Shown: piece by piece, positions 28,229 through 35,186 of the stretch | How positions within the stretch are numbered: the first letter of the stretch is position 1 | Layout of the letters: each line of letters starts with the position of its first letter | Assembly (NCBI GenBank): GCA_030618465.1 | Contig: JAUXDD010000003.1 | Span: 1 to 35,186, forward strand | Direction of reading: 5' to 3' | Source of the DNA: Desulfobacteraceae bacterium | GTDB taxonomy: Bacteria > Desulfobacterota > Desulfobacteria > Desulfobacterales > SURF-7 | Length of the DNA: 35,186 nt | Notes under the pieces: generated by a model | What the model saw: only the letters and a program-made list of their open reading frames with translations | Database searches by the model: none | Told to the model about the DNA's origin: nothing | Made by a program: the position numbers and the translations under genes

Positions 28229-30199
28229 TCATGCCTCATCAATTGCTTTCCGAACGTTATACGCAAGTTCCTGTATCGCCAGCGGCTTCATCAGAAAGTC
28301 CTTTATTCCAATTGAATTGGCCTTATCCACATTCATTATTTCACTGAATCCTGAACAAAGGAGAATCGGTATGTCCGTTCTGATCTGCATGATTTCTTTT
28401 GCCAGCATGTCACCTGTCATTATGGGCATTGTCATATCAGTTATCACCAGGTCAAACGCATCGGGCTGTATCTTAAAAACTTCCAGTGCTTCATTGGGGC
28501 CGGTGCTGGCGGCAACGCTGTATCCCAACCGCTCAAGCATCTCCTTGCCAATATCAGCGAGTACCCGCTCATCATCAACAAACAGTATCCTTTCTTTGCC
28601 TGTGGGAAGATGCGCGACTGTTTGACCTTGAACATTTTCCATATTTTCAACAATGGGAAATAATACCTTGAATATGGTCCCCACCTTTTTATTACTCTCC
28701 ACACAGATACTGCCCCCATAACTTTTGACAATCCCATGGACAACCGACAGCCCCATACCTGTGCCCACATGTTTTTCCTTGGTAGTAAAATAGGGCTCAA
28801 AAATTCGTTTTTGTATTTCCGCATCCATGCCATACCCGGTATCTGATATGGACAATTCCAGATAACGGCCGGGCTCAAGATCAGGGTAATCATCTGAATT
28901 ATCAGCATCCAGCTCCCTGGGCTGAAGACCCACCATCAGTACGCCTCCTTTTTCCGCCATGGCGTGTTTGGCGTTTGTACAAAGATTGATCAACACCTGG
29001 TGAATCTGAGTTGAATCTGCCAGGACAGGACATACTTCAGACGTTATACTGGTTCGTATTTCAATCGTACTGGGTAAAGACGCCCTTAAAAGCTTAAGCG
29101 CCTCCTGTATAATGGGTTTGACTTGAATAGCGCGGCGGTCAACTTTGCTTTGCCGACTGAAATCAAGGATCTGCATGACCAGATCCTTGGCACGATAACT
29201 GGCTTTCAGGATCTGATCAAGGCATTTGCCCACCGGATTATCATCTTCAATATCAAACTGTGCTAATTCCACATTCCCCATGATGGCGGCCAGTATATTG
29301 TTAAAATCATGCGCGATGCCCCCGGCGAGTGTACCAATGGCATCCATCTTCTGGTTCTGGTTAAGCCGGACTTCAAGTGCCTTCCGAATCGTAATGTCTC
29401 TTCCAATTCCGTATGTTCCCGTAAACTTTTTATCATTTTCGGTATCTGTCACTTCAAACGTATACAGACCCCGCCCTCCTGAATCGATTGCCATATGCAT
29501 GATCTCAAATATCTTACACTCGTTGTCTTCTCCGGAATGGCAGAGTTCCAGTTCAAATCCGTTTGACATTTGATTTATTTTTCTTCTTTTATTTGACAGG
29601 CTGTTTATCCCATCAATACTTTCTTTCTTAATAATGGAATTGAACGGTTTGCCGATAAGTTCCTTTCCGTCATACCCAAGATGCCGTCCAAATGCACTAT
29701 TTGTAAAAACAAATCTGTTCTCAGAATCAAGGATATAAATCAGGTCAGGCGAACTTTGAATAAGATACTGGTAGTCCCTTTTCGATCTATCCAGTTTTTT
29801 TGCAATATTTTTATTTTCGTTTTTTAATTTCTTTTTTTCAATTGCATTACTGACGGTTTTAATCAGTTCTTCGTGCTCAAACGGTTTTTTGATAAAATCA
29901 TAAGCACCTTTTTTCAGTGCCCTTACAGCTGATTCAACCGACGCATTCCCCGTCATAATAATTACCAGCGCTCCAGGAATCCGGCCCAGCACATGTTCCA
30001 TCAACTGGAATCCATCCATACCCGGCATGCTGATATCCATTAAAAACAGATCATACCCGGGACCCGGCAAATTCTGAAGCGCATTCACCGGGTTGGTATC
30101 AAAATCAACGTCAAACTCATAACGCTCAAGTAAAAATTTGATACTTTCGCACATTCTCTGTTCATCATCAACTATTAGAATTTTGGGCATCGCTTTCAT
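28229..30199 (-). CDS. Hybrid sensor histidine kinase REC-PAS-HisKA-HATPase-REC
   Basis: N-terminal REC (IVDDE, LMDISMP, KKP), PAS/PAC (SPDLIY...GRDIT), H box AHDFNNIL, N box INLCTNA, DTGYGM, FEPYFTTK, GTGMGL, C-terminal REC (VDDE, TDMTMP, MKP); no TM segment. Confidence 0.94.
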   Translation of the reverse strand: MKAMPKILIVDDEQRMCESIKFLLERYEFDVDFDTNPVNALQNLPGPGYDLFLMDISMPGMDGFQLMEHVLGRIPGALVIIMTGNASVESAVRALKKGAYDFIKKPFEHEELIKTVSNAIEKKKLKNENKNIAKKLDRSKRDYQYLIQSSPDLIYILDSENRFVFTNSAFGRHLGYDGKELIGKPFNSIIKKESIDGINSLSNKRRKINQMSNGFELELCHSGEDNECKIFEIMHMAIDSGGRGLYTFEVTDTENDKKFTGTYGIGRDITIRKALEVRLNQNQKMDAIGTLAGGIAHDFNNILAAIMGNVELAQFDIEDDNPVGKCLDQILKASYRAKDLVMQILDFSRQSKVDRRAIQVKPIIQEALKLLRASLPSTIEIRTSITSEVCPVLADSTQIHQVLINLCTNAKHAMAEKGGVLMVGLQPRELDADNSDDYPDLEPGRYLELSISDTGYGMDAEIQKRIFEPYFTTKEKHVGTGMGLSVVHGIVKSYGGSICVESNKKVGTIFKVLFPIVENMENVQGQTVAHLPTGKERILFVDDERVLADIGKEMLERLGYSVAASTGPNEALEVFKIQPDAFDLVITDMTMPIMTGDMLAKEIMQIRTDIPILLCSGFSEIMNVDKANSIGIKDFLMKPLAIQELAYNVRKAIDEA

Positions 30200-30405
30200 A
30201 AGATTTTCGGTCGAAAGCCCCTCGGGATTACGACTCGCTCCTTTCTAATAAAATTAAAAATTGTACACGCCTGGTATCATTCACCGTTTTGGCAGGATGA
30301 ACGGCCAGCCGGCTTATCAACAGCCATTAAATCATACGGTTTCTGCTTAAAAAAATATCATATTTGAGCTTCTCCCTGCACGGGCAGTAACCGTTTTATA
30401 TTTTT

Positions 30406-32553
30406 TTATAACGGTAATGCAATCTTAAATATCGCCCCATTTTCATCATCACTGGCATATTTTATGGTACCTTTCAGTTCCTTGATGATATTATAAACGA
30501 TTGAAAGGCCCAGACCGGAATTTTTAGACTTTTTTGAACTGTGGTAGGGTTCAAAAAGATGTTTCTCTATTTTAACCGGAATCCCCGGGCCGTCATCCCT
30601 GATAATTATTTCCATGTATTGAGAAATCCCATTGCTGTTCTCACTGATGATCTTGCTTGATTCATGGGAAATTTTTGTTTCCACAAAAATATTTCCCCCC
30701 CCGGGCATTGCTTCTGCGGAGTTTTTAAGAAGATTAATCAACACTTGCTTAATACTGTTTTTCTCTGTGATTATGTTGGGCAGTGAATTGTCCAGTTTGA
30801 GATGAATATCAATATGGGAAGGTTTAAGTATCGACTCTTTTATGATTTTTATAATATTCGAAATCAGACGATTTATATTGATGGCTTCTTTCTTTTTGAT
30901 TTGTGGATCCGAAAATGTTGAAAGTTGCCGTATGATTCCCGAAACCCGTTCAATTTCCTCATTCACAACAACAAGATCATTCTGGACAGGATCCTCTTCT
31001 GACAGTTTCATCCCGAGAATTTTCAGGTAATTCTTTATGATGGTCAGAGGATTGTTAACCTCATGAACAACTTGCCGGGCAACTAAAGAAGAAGCTTCCA
31101 TTCTCTCCGATCGAATCTGGTTGATATGTTCCTGCTTTAAATTCTCGATATGAAATCCCATAGCCGCATGATTCACAAATATATTCAGAAGATTTTGCTG
31201 GCCTTTCAACTGAAGCACCTGTGCTTCATCTATACCCATAAGAATAGCCCCCACTTTTGTCTCATGGGCATACATGGGGAGGCAAAAAATACCTTCTGTT
31301 TCTAATAGTCGAATTAATTGCTCATCTGCAATATTTTTCTTGATATTTGAAAAAATTCCAAATGAATCAATGATTTTTTTATCTAAAAAACACCGGGAAA
31401 TCAGACTCTTACTGTTTTCCAGAGGAATTGCCAGATTGGCTATCATCTCATCACTATGATCGCCCCTGGGTGAATATCCGGCAATCAGATCATTTTCCGG
31501 ATCATAAAAAAAGAAAAAACTTTTTCTGATATCAAATAATATCTGCAGTCCCTGCCCAACAATTTTCAGTATAGTATCCTTGTTTTTCGCCTTTAAAAGG
31601 TTTTGAAGGGTCCCATAGAGCAGGGAATAATTTTTTACTTCATATAGAAGCTGTTCACTGTATTTATCGTATTCCTTATCCGAATCTTTGCCTTCAAGAT
31701 TTGAAGGGGATTCAATCTGAATGCCTAAAGACTGGGCCACGTCCGCAGCTTCATCCATTGCTTCCCGGAGCATCTCTTCAGATTGACTATTGCTGAACCC
31801 GAACAGTTTTTCAGCAATGTTATATTTTTCAGGCATATCTGCATCATATTCCAGACACAGGGCATTGGCAGCATATACAATTTTTACAAGCGGAAATGCA
31901 TCCGAGATATTGTCCCCTGCCTCATGATGATAAAAAACCGCATCTGCCATAAACGATTTGAGTTTCCACTGGTGAACCAGCCATGCACCCACTTCACAAT
32001 GATTCACCCCCAGTTTTTCCTCTTCAAGGTAAATCAGGTTTGAATTTTCACCCAGCTCTTTTTCAATTTCAGCATATTTTTTTTCATAATTAACCCACAA
32101 AACCAGTTTTCCCAGATCGTGCAGCAACCCGGCAAGAAAGGCTTCATCCGGCGAATCGTAGGATGTCCGCACAGCAATTTTTTTTGCGACAAGGGCGCAC
32201 ATAATGGAATGCCACCAGAACTGACTGAGTTTAGCGGATGTTTTGTTCGATGACGGACTGAATGCTTTCTGGACAGAAGCACTGATGGCGATCGTCATAA
32301 TCGCATCAAGCCCCAGGTATACGGTTGCTTTTTCTATACTGTATATTTTGGATCGCAGCCCCATATAGGCTGAATTGACAAGCTGAAGCACTTTGACACT
32401 GAGGGATGGGTCCTGTGAAATAATTTTAGAAACTTTTTTAAGGTCAGGATCATCGCTATTGCAGGTATCAATAAGCTTTAGCAGGACCTGCGGAAGGCTG
32501 GGCAGTTTTTTAAAATTTTTAATTTTATTTATTATTTTCTTAGATTTTTTCAT
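30406..32553 (-). CDS. HDOD-domain sensor histidine kinase (HDOD, GAF-like, HisKA, HATPase)
   Basis: HDOD: LPSLP, DPSLSVKVLQLVNSA, FWWHS, AFLAGLLHDLGKL, LGVNHCEVGA, HH. Kinase: HEVNNPL, NLLKNSAEAM, DDGPGI, SGLGL. Cytoplasmic. Confidence 0.9.
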   Translation of the reverse strand: MKKSKKIINKIKNFKKLPSLPQVLLKLIDTCNSDDPDLKKVSKIISQDPSLSVKVLQLVNSAYMGLRSKIYSIEKATVYLGLDAIMTIAISASVQKAFSPSSNKTSAKLSQFWWHSIMCALVAKKIAVRTSYDSPDEAFLAGLLHDLGKLVLWVNYEKKYAEIEKELGENSNLIYLEEEKLGVNHCEVGAWLVHQWKLKSFMADAVFYHHEAGDNISDAFPLVKIVYAANALCLEYDADMPEKYNIAEKLFGFSNSQSEEMLREAMDEAADVAQSLGIQIESPSNLEGKDSDKEYDKYSEQLLYEVKNYSLLYGTLQNLLKAKNKDTILKIVGQGLQILFDIRKSFFFFYDPENDLIAGYSPRGDHSDEMIANLAIPLENSKSLISRCFLDKKIIDSFGIFSNIKKNIADEQLIRLLETEGIFCLPMYAHETKVGAILMGIDEAQVLQLKGQQNLLNIFVNHAAMGFHIENLKQEHINQIRSERMEASSLVARQVVHEVNNPLTIIKNYLKILGMKLSEEDPVQNDLVVVNEEIERVSGIIRQLSTFSDPQIKKKEAININRLISNIIKIIKESILKPSHIDIHLKLDNSLPNIITEKNSIKQVLINLLKNSAEAMPGGGNIFVETKISHESSKIISENSNGISQYMEIIIRDDGPGIPVKIEKHLFEPYHSSKKSKNSGLGLSIVYNIIKELKGTIKYASDDENGAIFKIALPL

Positions 32554-32584
32554 GGTTTAAGCAATATCAAGTCACTTCTCTTAA

Positions 32585-32820
32585 TCTGCCTGGTTCTGTA
32601 TTATTAAGTTTCGTAAAATGGTCTAAAAAAATGATATTTTCTGTTTTGAAGAATAATGGAAAGATCTCCGCCTTCGTGCATCACGCCGGCAGTATTGATG
32701 AACAGGTTTAATAAGACCCGTTTGATCCGGATCTGGTCGCTTTCTATTTGCCATAAGTCAGTTTTTAAATCTACACAGGCTTTTATTTGCTTTCGCGTCC
32801 GCTTTAAAATATCTAATGTG
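32585..32820 (-). pseudogene. Degraded histidine kinase HATPase_c fragment
   Basis: Minus strand translates TLDILKRTRKQIKACVDLKTDLWQIESDQIRIKRVLLNLFINTAGVMHEGGDLSI, then after a frameshift near 32650 KTENIIFLDHFTKLNNTEPGR; no upstream start codon, no H box. Confidence 0.7.
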
Positions 32821-32963
32821 AAATTATCCGGAATTGGGCAGTAACTTGTGTATCCTGTTTTGCGTTATTTTGTTATTTTGAATAAATTATAACCGATACC
32901 GGGCGCTATGTCAAATTATGAAAGCTTTTGTTAATTTTATTAATTGGTTGGTCATACTCCTTT

Positions 32964-33377
32964 TCATGGCAAAATCCCGCGTTTGATTTCCTGGTATTCT
33001 ATTTTGCCGGCCTGAAATTCAGTTTCGAGTACAGGGAGGACATGTCGGGGATTGATGGAACCGCAGACAAAAATATCTACGGCTGCATAGTTATATTCCG
33101 GCCAGGTATGAATATTGATGTGGGATTCTTTTAAAACCGCAACTCCGGAAATCCCGCCGTTTGGTGAAAAAACGTGCAGATCGATATTGAGCATGGTTGC
33201 CCCACATGCCTCTACCATTTTAATCAGAATACTGCGAATCCGGTTCTCATCGGTTAGATGGCGGCACTGCCAGATTTCAACAAGAAGATGAGTCCCCGCA
33301 TATCTGGTACCGTTTTCCCGGCCGCAGAACTCCCGAACATGTGCGGATTCCTTTTTAGCCATCAATTCTTTCATCAA
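32964..33377 (-). CDS. speD: S-adenosylmethionine decarboxylase proenzyme (short pyruvoyl-dependent class)
   Basis: GTHLLVE, FSPNGGISGVAVLKE|SHINIHTWPE (autocleavage), AAVDIFVCG, IKRG. Start TTG 33377 or ATG 33374. Confidence 0.92.
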   Translation of the reverse strand: MMKELMAKKESAHVREFCGRENGTRYAGTHLLVEIWQCRHLTDENRIRSILIKMVEACGATMLNIDLHVFSPNGGISGVAVLKESHINIHTWPEYNYAAVDIFVCGSINPRHVLPVLETEFQAGKIEYQEIKRGILP

Positions 33378-33468
33378 TATTCATCAAACACTTTTTAAGA
33401 AAAATTACCGGCGATCAGTCCTGCCACACGGGGACAACAAAGACACCGGACTCATATTATATATCATT

Positions 33469-34788
33469 TTATTCTCCATATGTCATGGAGTCTTTGAGTT
33501 TTTCCGCATACAGTTCAACCGGATGTTTCACTGAAACCGGATCATTTGATTTCGACAGCATATCTGACAGTTGAAACATACATGCCGGGCAGCCGGTAGT
33601 GACAACAGAACATCCGGTAGATCTAATGGCTTCAATTTTTTGTTTTCCAATGGCTTCTGACAGGTCATAGTGCTTCAGATTAAAACTCCCCCCGAGCCCG
33701 CAGCATCTGTCAGCCTCCGGCATCTCAACATACCGGTATGCCGGGTTGGCTTTTAACAGGGCTCTCGGTTCTTCTGAAACATCCAGGCTTTTTTTCAGGT
33801 GACAGGGATCATGGTAAGTGACACAGATATCACCTTGATCCTGCGGGCAGTCGTCCATTTCTATTCCGATTTCATGAATCAGAAACCAATTAATATCCAT
33901 TGTCTTTTCTACAATTTCACTCATTTTTGTGTTCAGATCATCAGACCCGGTCTTCATCATCATGGGCCATATCTTCTTTATTGTATACGTGCATGTGGCG
34001 CAGGCAGTCACCAGAAAATCAAATTTACCAGGATCAAATCGCTCAATGTTATGCCTTACAAGGGTTTCAAATGTTTCCGGGTCTCCCGCGGAGATTGCAG
34101 GAATACCGCAACAGCCCTGGTTGTCCGGCAAATAAATCCCAACGCCGTGATGAGTCAGCACATCGACCGTGTCTCTGGCAATATTCGGATACAGTTTGTC
34201 AATCAGGCATCCCACAAAAAAAGCCGCCTTTTTACCCGAACTGCCCGGCGATGTGTCCAGAGATGGAACCATCCGGTGAAACGGTTTTAAAGCCGGCGGT
34301 CTCACATGGCGATCCGTGAGCAGCGGTGATACAAGCCTGGGGCAGGAAGTCCCCGGAAGATTGTCCAGCGGTTTTAAAAAAAACTTTTGAAATCGTCCCA
34401 GCCATTCAAATACCCGGTCAAACAGTTCAGGCCGGGCAAGAATTTGCCTCAGCATGAACTTTTGAGTTGATGAAAGTCCTGTAAAACCGGTGATAATAGC
34501 CCTTGCCCTGATAAATATTTCCTGAATCTTGACACCTCCGGAGCAGGTAGCCTCACAGGATCCGCATAACAGGCACCGATCGAGGCGTTCTGCCACTCCC
34601 CCTGGTTTCTTAAACACCTCCTGCAGAACACCTTCCAGAAGGGCCAGTTTTCCCCGCGCCACATCCGCCTCATTTCCTGTCTGCTCAAACACCGGGCAAA
34701 CTGCCTGGCAGGCACCGCACCGCGTGCAGGTGTCAATCATGCCCTCCAGTTCCCTCATGAGATCCGCCAGTTCTTTTATATCCGCCAC
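33469..34788 (-). CDS. glcF: GlcF-like Fe-S protein (two 4Fe-4S motifs plus two CCG domains); D-lactate/glycolate dehydrogenase Fe-S subunit type
   Basis: CTRCGACQAVCP, CLLCGSCEATC, FVGC, QGCCG, TACATC, YHDPCH, RCCG, TGCPAC. GTG 34788 has a GGAG SD, whereas the ORF-track ATG 34806 has none. Confidence 0.85.
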   Translation of the reverse strand: MADIKELADLMRELEGMIDTCTRCGACQAVCPVFEQTGNEADVARGKLALLEGVLQEVFKKPGGVAERLDRCLLCGSCEATCSGGVKIQEIFIRARAIITGFTGLSSTQKFMLRQILARPELFDRVFEWLGRFQKFFLKPLDNLPGTSCPRLVSPLLTDRHVRPPALKPFHRMVPSLDTSPGSSGKKAAFFVGCLIDKLYPNIARDTVDVLTHHGVGIYLPDNQGCCGIPAISAGDPETFETLVRHNIERFDPGKFDFLVTACATCTYTIKKIWPMMMKTGSDDLNTKMSEIVEKTMDINWFLIHEIGIEMDDCPQDQGDICVTYHDPCHLKKSLDVSEEPRALLKANPAYRYVEMPEADRCCGLGGSFNLKHYDLSEAIGKQKIEAIRSTGCSVVTTGCPACMFQLSDMLSKSNDPVSVKHPVELYAEKLKDSMTYGE

Positions 34789-34825
34789 ATTATTCTCCGC
34801 TGCCATACATATTTTAGTCTATCAC

Positions 34826-34849
34826 AAAAACCCTTGCCACAAGGGCAAG
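34826..34849 (-). terminator. Terminator-like hairpin in the leader of the GlcF-like gene
   Basis: Minus strand CCCTTG-TGG-CAAGGG-TTTTT about 40 nt before the GTG start; short stem with a 3-nt loop. Confidence 0.4.
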
Positions 34850-34927
34850 ATCAGAGTTCAGCAGGCTTTGCCTTCTGAACAGAACATTTGCTGCAACCAG
34901 ACCTGGTATTCATTCACGGGGGTACTT

Positions 34928-34956
34928 AATATCGTTAACTTAAGGATTTCTGTCAA
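34928..34956 (-). promoter_or_regulatory. Putative sigma70 promoter upstream of the GlcF-like gene
   Basis: Minus strand TTGACA (34956-34951), 17-nt spacer, GATATT (34933-34928). Confidence 0.45.
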
Positions 34957-34961
34957 TCATA

Positions 34962-35046
34962 AAATCCCCCTCGATCCCCCTTTTCAAAGGGGGAAGTTTT
35001 ACTCCTCTCTTTTACGAGGGGGGAAGTTTGATGAACTCGTAAAAAG
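34962..35046. repeat. REP-like palindromic elements
   Basis: TCCCCCTTT-TC-AAAGGGGGA hairpin (34975-34994); a degenerate second copy ending in the same GGGGGAAGTTT; inverted pair TTTTACGAG (35010-35018) / CTCGTAAAA (35036-35044). Confidence 0.6.
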
Positions 35047-35135
35047 CTGATTAAGGGCGCTTAGTGCCACCTATGGTAACAAATAACTTATTAATTTTAT
35101 TGCATTTTGAAAATGAGTTATTTGTAAGTCCGATT

Positions 35136-35173
35136 TCCCCGCCCCCGGCGGGAGGGGATTAAGGGGAGGGGGA
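35136..35173. repeat. REP-like G/C-run element
   Basis: TCCCCGCCCCCGGCGGGAGGGGATTAAGGGGAGGGGGA: imperfect palindrome with a G-rich tail, in an otherwise AT-rich intergenic stretch. Confidence 0.5.
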
Positions 35174-35186
35174 TATAATAGACTGA

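Noticed and set aside
32656-32844. 62-aa + strand ORF
   Set aside because: Antisense shadow of the histidine kinase remnant on the minus strand.
34850-34880. Glycine riboswitch suggested by GAAGGCAAAG...GAACTCT
   Set aside because: Lacks the GGAGAG and CTCAGG signatures and the tandem aptamer length.
34896-34913. SECIS element: TGA followed by CCAGGTCTGG, like the E. coli fdhF SECIS core
   Set aside because: The TGA is only about 3 nt from the hairpin, and that frame has an upstream TAA with no intervening start codon, so there is no ORF to recode.
679-35050. The many short overlapping ORFs (e.g. 10075-10575, 13342-13932, 17774-18208, 33799-34290, 34529-35050)
   Set aside because: Antisense or off-frame shadows of well-supported genes, with no recognisable motifs.
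1-35186. CRISPR array, integrase/transposase, prophage or defence genes
   Set aside because: No regularly spaced direct repeats and no ORF with such motifs seen.

Overview
A mostly housekeeping chromosomal window. Gene content and protein style suggest an anaerobic Desulfobacterales-like deltaproteobacterium (inference). Contents in order: tRNA-Lys/tRNA-Glu pair; trkA-trkH; CorC/CNNM-type gene, argJ and an Rlu-type pseudouridine synthase (the only + strand genes); a minus-strand run of M23 peptidase, secA, clpS, clpA, aat, HIT protein and a PilT-like ATPase; folD; an ACT protein / LivKHMGF-type ABC transporter / PaaK-like cluster; argC; an unusually long PPi-dependent phosphofructokinase; a BASS symporter; two sensor kinases (HDOD-GAF kinase and REC-PAS-HK-REC hybrid) with a frameshifted kinase remnant upstream; speD; a GlcF-like Fe-S/CCG protein; and palindromic REP-like repeats at the right edge. 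No CRISPR array, integrase, transposase or phage gene was seen. Two observations stand out. (1) A retraction-type PilT/PilU ATPase is fused to an N-terminal MshEN (c-di-GMP-binding type) domain and overlaps a HIT hydrolase gene. (2) A full-length PaaK paralogue has eroded adenylation motifs, including the P-loop, and closes a probable aryl-acid ABC transporter operon; it is a candidate pseudoenzyme or sensor. All calls come from motif recognition by eye; no searches were run.
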